Below, one piece after another: positions 1-9,879 of a stretch of 64,000 nt of DNA. Origin of the DNA: an uncultured Candidatus Saccharibacteria bacterium. GTDB taxonomy: Bacteria; Patescibacteriota; Doudnabacteria; UBA920. The stretch is from assembly GCA_964512925.1 (NCBI GenBank), contig CAZEKH010000005.1, positions 4,325-68,324 on the forward strand. The letters are read 5' to 3'. A program made the translations under genes and the position numbers. Every line of letters starts with the position of its first letter. Within the stretch, counting starts at the first letter, position 1. The notes beneath the pieces are model-generated. The model was not told where the DNA came from. It did not search any database and saw only the letters and a list, made by a program, of their open reading frames with translations.

Positions 1-864
1 GACGCGCTGGATAAACATCCAACTGTGTTTTCCAATATTTTTGTCAGTATGGTCAGGGTCGGGGATTTGGGCGGTAATTTGGACAAAAGTTTGGAATATT
101 TAAGCATCCAGCTGCACAGGGAAGCGGACTTAAAGAGCAAAGTCAAAGGCGCGATGATTTACCCGTCAGTCATTGTCGGGGCAATGATCGTGATAGGTGT
201 TTTGATGTCAATTTTTGTTTTACCCAACTTAACTTCAGTGTTTAAAGATTTTAAAACAGATTTGCCAGCAACCACCAGGGCGGTGATGGCTTTGGCTGAC
301 TTTATGAGCGCGCACGCGGTTTTGGCGATAGGCTCGATGATTGGAACTTTTGTGGGATTTTTTTTGTTTTTGCGCACCCAGTTGGGCCAGTTGGTTTTTG
401 ACAATGTGATGCTTCGTTTTCCTATCATAAATCCCATAGTAAAAAAAGTAAATTTGGCCAGGTTTTCCCGCATCTTGGGCTCGCTTTTAAAAAGCGGCAT
501 ACCCATTGTGCAGGGTTTGGAAGTATCCGCCGATTCTTTGGGTAATGTTTTGTATAAAAATCATTGCGCCAAGGCCGCTTTAAGCGTTAAGCTGGGAAAA
601 CCATTGGCAGAAAGTTTGGGCAGTAACACTTTGCTGTTTCCAGTTTTGGTATCGCAGATGCTTCAGGTAGGAGAAGAAAGCGGCACAGTGCAGGAAATAT
701 TGGAGCAACTGGCGGTGCACTACGAAGAAGAAGTGGATACGACCCTTCGCAATATGTCTTCCATAATAGAACCTTTGCTTTTGCTGGTCATCGGCGGGGT
801 GGTGGGGATTTTAGCTATGGCTTTGATCGCGCCGATATATAACATCAGCCAGAGCATTCAATAA
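1..864 (+). CDS. pilC: Type IV pilus/T2SS inner-membrane platform protein PilC (GspF family), 5'-truncated by the window
   Basis: Frame is open from base 1. Contains GspF motifs (VGDLGGNLD, KGAMIYP, VGEESG, IIEPLLL..GGVVG) and lies upstream of pilM. Confidence 0.92.
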   Translation, partial: DALDKHPTVFSNIFVSMVRVGDLGGNLDKSLEYLSIQLHREADLKSKVKGAMIYPSVIVGAMIVIGVLMSIFVLPNLTSVFKDFKTDLPATTRAVMALADFMSAHAVLAIGSMIGTFVGFFLFLRTQLGQLVFDNVMLRFPIINPIVKKVNLARFSRILGSLLKSGIPIVQGLEVSADSLGNVLYKNHCAKAALSVKLGKPLAESLGSNTLLFPVLVSQMLQVGEESGTVQEILEQLAVHYEEEVDTTLRNMSSIIEPLLLLVIGGVVGILAMALIAPIYNISQSIQ

Positions 865-885
865 ATTTTGCTATACTAAATACAT

Positions 886-1941
886 ATGCTCTCGTTTTTA
901 AAACCAAATAAAAATATTTTCGGGCTTGATATCAGTCAGGGCTCTTTAAAAATCGTTGAACTTCAAAAGTTTGGAAAAAGCGTGGGCTTGAAGAGTTTTG
1001 CCCGCGCCGAGTTTCCAAAAGGTTTGGTGATTAACGATGTTGTGACGGATAACAAAGTTTTCGCCCATATCTTGTCCCAGACAATGCAGAAACCGCAATA
1101 CGGCAAATTGGATACCAACCGCGCGGTTGTGGGGATCCCGGAGTCCAAGTCTTTTGTCAGGGTTATACAGATCCCGCTTTTGACCGATAAAGAAATTGAG
1201 AACGCGGTCTTGTTTGAAGCTGAGAATTTTATCCCTATGCCGATTGACCAGGTTTATATGGATTGGCAAAAGCTCGGCGAATCTTCCGGCAAGCTGAATA
1301 TTTTGATAATCGCAACGCCAAAAGATTTTGTTGACAAATTGCTTTCGGTTTTAGACGAATGCGGGATCGTGGTGCAAGCTTTGGAGGCTGACTCGCAAAG
1401 CGTCAGGCGTTCGGTTTTAAGCCGTGAAAATAAGGAGACTCTGCTTATAGTTGACATAGAATCCGGGTCAAGCAATTTGGTGATGGTGGAAGACGGGCAT
1501 TTACAATTTACTTCGTCGGTTCCCATTGCCGGCAATAATTTTACCGACAGCATAGCCAAATCCCTTGGCGTGTCTTTTGCCAAAGCCGAAGAGATTAAGC
1601 AAAAAGTGGGAATTGCCAATACGGCGGACTATCCCAACATACAAATAGCTCTGTTGCCGACCTTGGGGAGCCTGACTGAAGAAATAAAAGGAATTTTAAA
1701 ATTTCACCGCGAGCACTATTCGCAAAAACCGGTTTCCAGGCTGGTTTTATGCGGCGGCGGTGCGCGGCTGAAAAATCTGCCCCAATATTTTTCCGAGCAA
1801 TTTTCACAAACAGAAAACATCCGTGTCGAACTCGGTAATCCGTGGATAAATTTTCCGGAAATCAAAAATATTCCCTTGGATAATACCGAAGTTTTGGATT
1901 TTACGGGAGCTATCGGGATGGCGATGAGGAATTTTAAATAA
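886..1941 (+). CDS. pilM: Type IV pilus assembly actin-like protein PilM
   Basis: N-terminal FGLDIS, EAENFIP, VDI, VLCGGGARL and C-terminal GAIGMAMR are PilM/FtsA-fold motifs. Confidence 0.92.
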   Translation: MLSFLKPNKNIFGLDISQGSLKIVELQKFGKSVGLKSFARAEFPKGLVINDVVTDNKVFAHILSQTMQKPQYGKLDTNRAVVGIPESKSFVRVIQIPLLTDKEIENAVLFEAENFIPMPIDQVYMDWQKLGESSGKLNILIIATPKDFVDKLLSVLDECGIVVQALEADSQSVRRSVLSRENKETLLIVDIESGSSNLVMVEDGHLQFTSSVPIAGNNFTDSIAKSLGVSFAKAEEIKQKVGIANTADYPNIQIALLPTLGSLTEEIKGILKFHREHYSQKPVSRLVLCGGGARLKNLPQYFSEQFSQTENIRVELGNPWINFPEIKNIPLDNTEVLDFTGAIGMAMRNFK

Positions 1942-1942
1942 T

Positions 1943-2497
1943 ATGAAAACTATCAATCTGCTGCCAAAAAACCGCCAGGAAGAGCTATTTTACGCAAACA
2001 TTCTTTATGTTTTATATCGCGTGATTTTTGTTTCGTTTTTGTGTTTTTTCGCGGTGCTGTTCAGCCAGCTGGCAACCAAAGTTTATTTATCCCGCCAGGC
2101 GGAGGATTTGAAATCGCAGATAGAATTGCTAAAGCAAAAAGCCGGAGATAGGGATATAACGGTTTTAAAACAAAAAATTCTGGAAGTCAACCAAAACATT
2201 TCCGATTATAAGACTTTGGCGACCACTTTGCCAAAATGGTCAAAGGTCATTGCCAGATTTTCCCAAATGCCTCCGGAAGGACTGCTGGTCAATTCTATGG
2301 CCATAGACGTGAACAGAAAAACCATTACCATCACTGGTTTCAGCCCAACCCGCGAGCTGGTCATTGAGCTGTTTGAAAAAATCAAAGCCGACAAAGAGTA
2401 TTTTATGGATATAAATTATCCGTTTGAAAATGTTGCAAAGGCAACCGAGGTGTCTTTCCACTTTACTTTTTCGGTAAAAGAGGAGGCTTTAAAATAA
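1943..2497 (+). CDS. pilN: PilN-like pilus assembly protein
   Basis: N-terminal INLLP motif followed by one TM and a coiled coil; directly follows pilM. Confidence 0.85.
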   Translation: MKTINLLPKNRQEELFYANILYVLYRVIFVSFLCFFAVLFSQLATKVYLSRQAEDLKSQIELLKQKAGDRDITVLKQKILEVNQNISDYKTLATTLPKWSKVIARFSQMPPEGLLVNSMAIDVNRKTITITGFSPTRELVIELFEKIKADKEYFMDINYPFENVAKATEVSFHFTFSVKEEALK

Positions 2498-3049
2498 ATG
2501 AAAAGCATATCTTCTAAAAACAAAATTTTTATTTCTTTAGGCGCGTGGCTTTTAACCTGCTTATTTTTGTTTATGATAGGTTTTAGATATCTGGAAAATT
2601 CCAATACCAGAGCCTTTGAATTTAATGGCGCGCTTTTAAAAGAAGAGCGGCAGCTGAATTTGGAGAAAGAAAGCTACGAAAAAGCCAAAAAAGATTTAAC
2701 TGAGCTGGAAAAAAGACCCATCCAGCCAGAAAACTTTTTTAGTCGCGATACCACGCTTGTCAATGAAATCAAATATTTGGAAGATTTGGGGAAAAATCTA
2801 AATTTGGATTTACAGCTGTCCGGTATCAGCGGCACAATCGGCAACGCCGCAAAATCCGTATCTCACGGCGGGCTCTTGTCTGTTCCTTATAGTATCACTG
2901 CCAAAGGCAGTTTTGCCCAGCTGGCTAAGCTGGCAGAAAATTTGGAAAATATGCCTTTTTTAACCACTATCAACGGTATGACCATATATGCCGCCGAGTT
3001 AGGCAATGTTAATATGACCATCTCGTCTAATTTTTATTTGAAAAAATAA
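2498..3049 (+). CDS. pilO: PilO-like pilus assembly protein
   Basis: N-terminal TM, coiled coil and a 'GSFAQL..LENM' PilO-like core; operon position fits. Confidence 0.7.
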   Translation: MKSISSKNKIFISLGAWLLTCLFLFMIGFRYLENSNTRAFEFNGALLKEERQLNLEKESYEKAKKDLTELEKRPIQPENFFSRDTTLVNEIKYLEDLGKNLNLDLQLSGISGTIGNAAKSVSHGGLLSVPYSITAKGSFAQLAKLAENLENMPFLTTINGMTIYAAELGNVNMTISSNFYLKK

Positions 3050-3051
3050 AT

Positions 3052-3342
3052 ATGCCTTCAATAGTTTTAAAATTTAAAAATTTCTTTTCAACTTCCAATG
3101 GCTTGCAAAAGCAATTAAGCTTGGTGTTTGTGGCTATGCTCTTGGCTGTGATATTTTTCTGCGGTTTTAGTATTAAGAGAAGTGTGGATTTGGTGTTGAA
3201 TGTGCCAGAAGCTCCGGTAGGAAAAAAACCCGGAGTCAGGGTGGATTTTCAGGGTTATGATGCTGTCATAGACAGAATGGAAAAAGTAAAAAAATTTACT
3301 CCGAATATTAAGATAGAACGCAATCCTTTCGGCGTAAAGTAG
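3052..3342 (+). CDS. Small membrane protein ending in RNPF (PilP-position protein)
   Basis: One TM and an RNPF motif; last gene of the pil cluster before a terminator. Confidence 0.5.
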   Translation: MPSIVLKFKNFFSTSNGLQKQLSLVFVAMLLAVIFFCGFSIKRSVDLVLNVPEAPVGKKPGVRVDFQGYDAVIDRMEKVKKFTPNIKIERNPFGVK

Positions 3343-3362
3343 GCCTAAAGCCCACTAAATTT

Positions 3363-3392
3363 CCAGCCTTGTGTTTTGGGCTGGTTTTTTTT
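3363..3392 (+). terminator. Rho-independent terminator of the pil cluster
   Basis: CCAGCC..GGCTGG stem followed by a T-run. Confidence 0.7.
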
Positions 3393-3460
3393 ATACTAAG
3401 CATACTGATTTAGTGGTTTTTGTGATTGGAGGTTTGGCTTTTTGCCCCGCTAAATTGTAT

Positions 3461-3537
3461 GTGTCCGTAGCTCATTTGGATAGAGCGCTTGGCTTCGAAC
3501 CAAGAGGTAGTAGGTTCAAATCCTACCGGACACACCA
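3461..3537 (+). tRNA. tRNA-Arg(TCG)
   Basis: Acceptor GTGTCCG/CGGACAC-ACCA, anticodon arm CTTGG-CTTCGAA-CCAAG, T loop GTTCAAATC. Confidence 0.93.
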
Positions 3538-3565
3538 TTTTAATTTTCAAATTTAGCGGGGTGAA

Positions 3566-3623
3566 GATAGAGTGTTGGTCTTCGAAACCAGTTATATAGG
3601 TTCGATTCCTACTGAGAGCGCCA
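3566..3623 (+). pseudogene. Degenerate tRNA-Arg(TCG)-like fragment lacking the 5' half
   Basis: GATAGAG, TGGT-CTTCGAA-ACCA, TAGGTTCGATTCCTA and terminal CCA are present, but there is no matching 5' acceptor strand. Confidence 0.6.
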
Positions 3624-3698
3624 TAAATTCACACAGTTGGCAGTCGTGTTGTTTTGCCTTGAATATATTTTGAATATGGGCTAAAATACTGCTATTGT

Positions 3699-3774
3699 GG
3701 GCTGGTAGCTCAGTTGGTAGAGCAGTCGGCTCTTAACCGAAAGCGCGTGGGTTCGATCCCCACCCAGCCCACCA
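3699..3774 (+). tRNA. tRNA-Lys(CTT)
   Basis: Acceptor GGGCTGG/CCAGCCC-ACCA, anticodon loop CTCTTAA, T loop GGTTCGATCC. Confidence 0.94.
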
Positions 3775-3921
3775 TAAAAAAATCAGATTTGTTATTTATA
3801 GATAGAATTTTAAAGGTTTTACAAGTCAGACACCATCTGAAAAGTAAAACTTTTTTGTTTTATTTATATGATAAGTGGTGTATAATAATTTTAAAAGTAG
3901 TAAAAATTTCTAGAAAAAAAT

Positions 3922-4575
3922 ATGGATAGAGCAGAATTTTTTCAAAACAGAGTTTATGAATTACCATCCCATATCTCGCAAGCTTATTTTACTGACTTGG
4001 GAAAAAGCTATCCCTACTTACCCGGCCTAAAGCAAGAAGAACCTTCAGTTAAAGTTTATAATGAATTGAGTAGCGGGACTGATATTTTAGCTTGGAAACT
4101 TAGTGAAAACCTAAATCCTGAACATCAGGTACTTGCTATGGAAGGTCCGATAGTTGAAGTAGCGGGACCCACACCTTTGGAATTTGAATATGGAAGTACA
4201 AATGATTTTTATAGCCTTAACATAAATAGTTTAAGGCAGGGTGCCGTAGTTACAAATATTGATGCAGAAGAAGGAGTAGATGTAAGAGCAGATGCGCTGC
4301 GTATGCCTTTTCGTGAGAAATCTGTAAAAGCTCTGGTCTGTTCCAGAATTGGTTTTCAACGAAACCCAAAAAAATTTGAGCAGATGTTTAGAGAAGCCGA
4401 AAGGGTGCTTAAAGAAAAAGGCTTGTTTTTTATACAAGGGATTTATTTTGAAAATTTTAAAAAGTTGCTTCAGAAAACAAACTTACAAATTATATTATAT
4501 GAGCTTAGGATTTCCACGGATAAATATCATAAAAAAACAGTTATGAGTTCTGATGCAGTGTTCCAGAAGCAATAA
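3922..4575 (+). CDS. AT-rich hypothetical protein, weakly SAM-methyltransferase-like
   Basis: 'VRADALRMPF..SV', 'EAERVLKEKG' resemble the class I methyltransferase C-terminal motifs. Confidence 0.5.
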   Translation: MDRAEFFQNRVYELPSHISQAYFTDLGKSYPYLPGLKQEEPSVKVYNELSSGTDILAWKLSENLNPEHQVLAMEGPIVEVAGPTPLEFEYGSTNDFYSLNINSLRQGAVVTNIDAEEGVDVRADALRMPFREKSVKALVCSRIGFQRNPKKFEQMFREAERVLKEKGLFFIQGIYFENFKKLLQKTNLQIILYELRISTDKYHKKTVMSSDAVFQKQ

Positions 4576-4693
4576 ACTTTTATAAATTGTGACTTACCTA
4601 TTTGGCGTCATTTGGGCCTCAGAGCTTAAAAGCTTGTTAGTTTGGTTGTTTGTTTTATAAAAAACATTCCCTTCGCCGTTTGTAGGAGTCGCA

Positions 4694-4721
4694 TCTCCCC
4701 GCCTTTGGCGGGGGAATGACA
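4694..4721. repeat. Family B hairpin (..CCCCGCC-TTT-GGCGGGG-GAATGACA)
   Basis: Ends in GGGAATGAC like the copies at 44595, 48620 and 49889. Confidence 0.55.
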
Positions 4722-4743
4722 ATTTAAATGCTATATTGTTTGT

Positions 4744-5715
4744 ATGCTGTATTTACTTTTAGGGTCAGATGATTTTACGAAAAAACAATATGTACATAAT
4801 TTGGCTTTAGAAAAAAAGGCTGATTTGGTTGTGTTTGAGGCAGGGGAGGAAGTATCTACCCAAAAGATGCTTGAAACGGATTTGTTTTCCAAGCCTAAGG
4901 TTTTTGTTTTGCCAGCGCTTTTAGGGGTTTTGGAAGAACAAACTTTGGAAAAACTGATTAAATCTCCAAATGTCATAGCAATAAATACTGAAAGTTTGGA
5001 CAAAAGAAAAACTGAGAACAAAAAACTGTTAGAAAGGAAAGATGTTGTTATTCAAAATTTTGTGCTGCCCCACGGTAGAGAGTTGGACGGTTGGATATTA
5101 AAACATTTTAAAGATTTAGGCGGCCATATTTCAGCCGATGGAGCGGATGAATTGGCTAAAAGGCTTGGTCGGGATGAAGCTAAAGAAACTAAAGCGGGAG
5201 GAAAAGTTATAGCTGTGGAAGAAGTTTACAGTCTTTGGCAGGCGGACAGCGAAGTGAAAAAGCTTGTAGCTTTTTGCGGGGATAAAGTTTGTACAGCCGA
5301 AGATGTAAAAAGTTTGGTTGGCTTGGATATTGAAATTGACCCGTTTCGCATCACCAATGCCCTAGCTGACGGGAAGACCGAGGAAGCTTGGGAATATCTG
5401 GAAGGTTTTTTTAAAAACCAGGGATCTAGCGACCGTAAAGCTTTGTGCATTAACCTAAACGCCCTGCTGGCAGAACAGTTTCGTAATGTCTATATGGTTC
5501 AAGGATTTTTGCAGGAAAGGACTTCTGAAGAAGAAATTTTACAGCAAACAGGCTGGAAATCGGGAAGGCTGTTTGTGATGAAAAAGATAGCTGGCAAATT
5601 TAAACCGGAAAAAGTTTTAGAAACTCTTAAAAAACTCTCAGCCCTGGATATTGAGCTAAAAACCGGCTCAATGCCGGAAAGGGTGATGCTGGACTTGATA
5701 CTTGCGCAGTTGTAG
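4744..5715 (+). CDS. holA: DNA polymerase III delta subunit
   Basis: N-terminal LYLLLGSDDF, 'SEVKKL', C-terminal 'LSALDIELKTG'; size 323 aa. Confidence 0.8.
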   Translation: MLYLLLGSDDFTKKQYVHNLALEKKADLVVFEAGEEVSTQKMLETDLFSKPKVFVLPALLGVLEEQTLEKLIKSPNVIAINTESLDKRKTENKKLLERKDVVIQNFVLPHGRELDGWILKHFKDLGGHISADGADELAKRLGRDEAKETKAGGKVIAVEEVYSLWQADSEVKKLVAFCGDKVCTAEDVKSLVGLDIEIDPFRITNALADGKTEEAWEYLEGFFKNQGSSDRKALCINLNALLAEQFRNVYMVQGFLQERTSEEEILQQTGWKSGRLFVMKKIAGKFKPEKVLETLKKLSALDIELKTGSMPERVMLDLILAQL

Positions 5716-5752
5716 ATATATTGCACAAATTACAAATTATACAAATATTAAA

Positions 5753-5897
5753 CTGTCATCCCGGCCAAAGTTAGACGCGAGCCGGGATCCAGGGTTTGTT
5801 ACTATATTTTTGATTCGATAATCACCTTTGGTCGTTGAAATTCGTAAACCATAACCTCACCCCTAACCCCATCTCCCATATGGGAGAGGGGAAAAAA
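5753..5897 (+). repeat. ~145-bp composite direct repeat, copy 1 (family B-like hairpin + spacer + family A hairpin)
   Basis: Aligns along its length with 6448-6599. Confidence 0.85.
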
Positions 5898-5938
5898 GGC
5901 ATTTTGAAAGCGCGACCGTACTGTGTCGATCGCGCTGG

Positions 5939-6319
5939 TTATTTTTTGCTTAGGGTTAGGTACACTTCCCATGCCAAATTCTTGATCGTGCAAGTACTTA
6001 AATGTACCTGGATATTTTGCACCCTGAGCGCACGATATAATTGACCATACAATAGGTGGAATTTGACATAATCCATAGAAAGGATTTCGCCTAACAGCGT
6101 ATCACCGGTGAGATCGTCCCACTTTTTTCCACTTACCCGCGACACGCACTCATAAACCGCTTGAACAACCATGAACTCTGTATTTTGAGCACGCAGGTCT
6201 TTGATCGCATCGTACCAGTTTTTAAGGTCTGGTCTGCCGGGGTTTTGGACAGCAATCTGTGCGGCACGCTTAGCTTTCATTATTTCCAGTATTTCCTTTG
6301 TCGGAAGTTTTGTATCCAT
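5939..6319 (-). CDS. Orphan protein between direct repeats
   Basis: Open frame with a GGGAGG SD before the ATG at 6319 and a GC hairpin at about 5909-5937 after the stop. Confidence 0.6.
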   Translation of the reverse strand: MDTKLPTKEILEIMKAKRAAQIAVQNPGRPDLKNWYDAIKDLRAQNTEFMVVQAVYECVSRVSGKKWDDLTGDTLLGEILSMDYVKFHLLYGQLYRALRVQNIQVHLSTCTIKNLAWEVYLTLSKK

Positions 6320-6447
6320 TTTTCCTCCCATCAAGTGTTCTTAGCCACTCACGGCTAGTGTGTTGCCCGGGGTTCTGCCCGGGCTCAGTACAGTAGATAA
6401 TAGATTTTATAACAAGGGGTGAAAATAGGCAAGAGAGGGTAAAATGT

Positions 6448-6599
6448 CTGTCATCCCGGAATTTTTAAGGGAAGTTAAAAATATCCGGGATCCAGGGTTT
6501 ACTAATTTATTTTTGATTCTATTATTAACTTTGGTCATTGAAATACGGAAGTTATATCCTCACTCCTAACCCCATCTCCTATATGGGAGATTGGAAAAA
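6448..6599 (+). repeat. ~150-bp composite direct repeat, copy 2
   Basis: CTGTCATCCCGG..CCGGGATCCAGGGTTT..TTTTGATTC..CTTTGGTC.TTGAAAT..CCTCAC.CCTAACCCCATCTCC.ATATGGGAGA is shared with 5753-5897. Confidence 0.85.
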
Positions 6600-6600
6600 C

Positions 6601-6628
6601 AAAAACCCCGAACTAAATCGGGGTTTTT
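6601..6628. terminator. Bidirectional terminator downstream of typA
   Basis: AAAAACCCCGA..TCGGGGTTTTT. Confidence 0.75.
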
Positions 6629-6636
6629 AAGTAACA

Positions 6637-8472
6637 TTATCTCGCAGCTCTTTTCCTTTGATTCGGGTCCAGGATTTTTTTGCGGATTCTTATAGACAGG
6701 GGAGTTACTTCCATTAGTTCGTCCGGACCTATATACTCCATCGCAAAGTCCATAGTGACTGGCTTATGCGGGGTTAAGATGATGGCATCGTCTGCGCCTG
6801 AAGATCTCATATTGGTAAGTTTTTTGGTTTTGCAGACATTTAGTTCTATATCTTCGCTTAAAGCGTTTTGCCCGACTACCATACCCTGGTAAACTTCCAC
6901 GGCAGGACCTATAAACAAAGTTCCGCGTTCCTGGGCATTGTTAAGACCGTAAGCGTTCGATGTTCCGCTTTCTGAGGCTATGAGCGATCCGTGGTCGTTG
7001 GCGTGTTCGTCTATCTGGTGAGCTGGTTTGTAGCTGTCAAATAAATTATTCAAAATTACTGTGCCGCGGGTGCGGGTGAGCATCAGGTTTTTAAGGCCAA
7101 TCAGTCCGCGGGTGGGGATCAGATATTCTGCGTGGATTTCTCCGGAAGGAGTGGTTTCCATAGTCTGCAGTTCTCCGCCTCTTTTACCCATTTCTTCTAT
7201 CATCACGCCTTGGTACTCGCTGGGCACATCCACTGTGGCTATTTCATATGGCTCCATCCGCACCCCATTTTCTTCGTGGTAAATAACCTGGGGCTGGGAA
7301 ACCTGGAGTTCAAAGCCTTCACGGCGCATCTGTTCTATAAGAACCGCTAAATGTAGTTCTCCTCGGCCGGAAACTAAAAAGCTTTCCGCGCCTTCGGGCG
7401 ACGGGTCAACTTTCATAGCCACATTGGTTTCCAGCTCCTTGTCCAAGCGGTCGCGGATGTTTCTGGAAGTGACAAACTTTCCTTCGCGGCCCGCAAACGG
7501 GGAAGTGTTTACGCCGAAAGTCATCTTGATGGTAGGCGGCTCTATTTCCACCGGCGGCATAGAAACCGGGTTTTGGATGTCGGTTAAGGTGTCGCCGATA
7601 TGGATGTCGTCAAACCCGCCTATAGAGACAATGTCGCCGGCCACCGCTTCGTCCGCATCCACTTTTTTTAAGCCTTCGTACATCTGGAGGGCGGAAATTT
7701 TACCAGTGGTTTTTTCGCCGTTTGGCTTAACTTGGAGGATATTTTGCGCCTTGCTGATTTTGCCGGAAAATATTTTGCCTATACCCATCCTGCCTTTGTA
7801 GTTGTCGTAAGCCAGAGCTAAGACTTGCAAAGCAAACGGTTTGTCAGTCTCGGCAAAAGGCGCGGGGATGTATTTGATGATAGTTTCAAATAGTGGAGAG
7901 ATGTCAGGGGCAGCAGAATTTTTTATCTTCGCCAACAGGCTTTCCAAATTCAAGTCAGCCAAGCCTTTTACTCCGCTGGCGTAGATGATAGGGAAGTCGG
8001 TCTGTTCGTCATTGGCATTCAGCTTTACGAAGAGGTCAAAAGTTTTATTGATGGTTTCGTCAGGGTTTGAGCCTTCTTTGTCCACTTTGTTTATGACCAC
8101 TATGGCTTTCAGTCCCAGCTGTAAAGCTTTTTTTAAGACGAACTTTGTTTGAGGCATCGGACCTTCTTTGGCGTCAACCAAAAGAAGGACTCCGTCTGCC
8201 ATTTTCAAAGTCCTTTCCACTTCGCCGCCAAAGTCCGCGTGTCCCGGGGTGTCTACAATATTGATCTTTACCCCTTTATACACCAAAGATGCGTTTTTGG
8301 CCTTGATAGTGATCCCGCGTTCTCTTTCCAGATCCATACTGTCCATTATCAAATCCGCGGTGTCGTCATTTTTGACAGTCTGGGTTTGTTTCAGCATAGC
8401 GTCCACCAAAGTGGTTTTGCCGTGGTCAACGTGGGCAATGATGGCGATGTTTCTGATGTTGTCTCTTTTCAT
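6637..8472 (-). CDS. typA: Translational GTPase TypA/BipA
   Basis: [50 protein letters not shown] and EVTP motifs. Confidence 0.97.
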   Translation of the reverse strand: MKRDNIRNIAIIAHVDHGKTTLVDAMLKQTQTVKNDDTADLIMDSMDLERERGITIKAKNASLVYKGVKINIVDTPGHADFGGEVERTLKMADGVLLLVDAKEGPMPQTKFVLKKALQLGLKAIVVINKVDKEGSNPDETINKTFDLFVKLNANDEQTDFPIIYASGVKGLADLNLESLLAKIKNSAAPDISPLFETIIKYIPAPFAETDKPFALQVLALAYDNYKGRMGIGKIFSGKISKAQNILQVKPNGEKTTGKISALQMYEGLKKVDADEAVAGDIVSIGGFDDIHIGDTLTDIQNPVSMPPVEIEPPTIKMTFGVNTSPFAGREGKFVTSRNIRDRLDKELETNVAMKVDPSPEGAESFLVSGRGELHLAVLIEQMRREGFELQVSQPQVIYHEENGVRMEPYEIATVDVPSEYQGVMIEEMGKRGGELQTMETTPSGEIHAEYLIPTRGLIGLKNLMLTRTRGTVILNNLFDSYKPAHQIDEHANDHGSLIASESGTSNAYGLNNAQERGTLFIGPAVEVYQGMVVGQNALSEDIELNVCKTKKLTNMRSSGADDAIILTPHKPVTMDFAMEYIGPDELMEVTPLSIRIRKKILDPNQRKRAAR

Positions 8473-8482
8473 AGTTTTTCAA

Positions 8483-8529
8483 TATAGTTTCCCTCCCCAA
8501 GAGTTGGGGAGGGTCAAGGGAGAGGTTGA
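8483..8529 (-). repeat. Family A element 10 nt upstream of the typA start
   Basis: Reverse complement is TCAACCTCTCCCTTGACCCTCCCCAACTCTTGGGGAGGGAAACTATA, near-identical to 59847-59892. Confidence 0.9.
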
Positions 8530-8817
8530 ATTAAAATTCAAATTTACGAATTAAACAAATTTGCAAATGGTTACAAATATTGAGATTAAAACAATAATAA
8601 TTATTTGTAATCATCTGTAAATTTGTCCACATTTGTATATTTGACCAATTTGTAACAATCAAAAACCCCCGCCTTTGGGGGCAAACTTCCATAATCTTAA
8701 GACATTTTTGGCAAAAAGTCAAATATTTTGGTATAATTTTGGTATAATAAAAATGGATTAAAAGTAAAATTTACATTTTTATAGAATTTTATTATTGAAA
8801 TTAGACCTTGTATTTTT

Positions 8818-9861
8818 ATGTCATATAAAAAACCTCAAATTATCGGGTTCTTTGTTTTAGCTTCTATTGTGGGCTTGGTAGTGGCTATGATGTTTTGGCC
8901 GTTTTGGCAGATGCTGGTTTTAGCCGGCATTATATCCGTGATGTTCAGCCCCTTACACAAAAAACTTTTGGACAAATATCAAAAGCCGATTTTAGCCACT
9001 AGTCTGACCGTGGGCGCGGTTTTGGTGATTTTGATTTTGCCTTTATGGTTAGTTGGCCAGCTGCTCTTTAACGAGTTGGTAAAAGTCTACCAGTCCTTTC
9101 GTTTGGGGAATCTCTCTTTTGCTTCCGAAGCTTTTTCCCAAAGGCTCCCCGAGTCTTTGCAGCATTTGCTGGTAACCTTGAACAATGACTTTTCCAGTAT
9201 GGTTTCCAAATTCAGCAGCAATGCTTTTGACTTCATCTCCAGTATGCTGTCCAATGTAGCGGGATTTTTCTTGTCCCTGTTTTTATTGATATTTATGGTT
9301 TACTATTTTTTACGCGACCGCGAAAGAATCCGGGCTTTAGTTGTAGATTTGTCGCCCATCACTACCGGCGGCTATGAGCATGTGCTTTTAATGCGCTTGG
9401 AGGCTGCGATATCCGGAGTGGTAAAGGGCGCGTTTTTAACCGCTTTGATACAGGGCTTTTGCGCATTTATCGGGTTTTGGATTTTTGGCGTGCCAAGTCC
9501 GGTACTTTGGGGCGCGGTTACGGTTTTGGCAGCCTTGGTGCCAAACGTGGGCACTTCTTTGGCCTTGGTCCCTGCGGTTTTGTATTTGCTTATCTCAGGG
9601 CATACCGGGGCGGGTATTGGGCTTGGTATATATGGCGCTTTGATAGTCGGCACAATTGACAACATTGTGGGACCAAAACTCATAGGCAATCAGGCTAAGC
9701 TTCACCCGTTGTTGGTTTTGTTGTCCGTTTTGGGCGGAATTCAGCTGTTTGGTTTTCTGGGATTTTTGTTTGGCCCGATAATTTTGTCAGTGTTGGTTAC
9801 TTTGGTGGATATATATCGTGGCGACCTAAAACCGCAGATTGACAATAATTTGATTAATTAA
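8818..9861 (+). CDS. AI-2E family (UPF0118/PerM) transporter
   Basis: Multi-TM protein with YYFLRD, IDNIVGP, LHPLLVLLSVLGG and GPIIL motifs. Confidence 0.88.
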   Translation: MSYKKPQIIGFFVLASIVGLVVAMMFWPFWQMLVLAGIISVMFSPLHKKLLDKYQKPILATSLTVGAVLVILILPLWLVGQLLFNELVKVYQSFRLGNLSFASEAFSQRLPESLQHLLVTLNNDFSSMVSKFSSNAFDFISSMLSNVAGFFLSLFLLIFMVYYFLRDRERIRALVVDLSPITTGGYEHVLLMRLEAAISGVVKGAFLTALIQGFCAFIGFWIFGVPSPVLWGAVTVLAALVPNVGTSLALVPAVLYLLISGHTGAGIGLGIYGALIVGTIDNIVGPKLIGNQAKLHPLLVLLSVLGGIQLFGFLGFLFGPIILSVLVTLVDIYRGDLKPQIDNNLIN

Positions 9862-9879
9862 TTTAACTACTAACAACAG

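Noticed and set aside
5802-5993. Small minus ORF ending YEFQRPKVII, reminiscent of a TypA segment
   Set aside because: It runs through the repeat, and the frame is not preserved in the second repeat copy, so it is probably chance.
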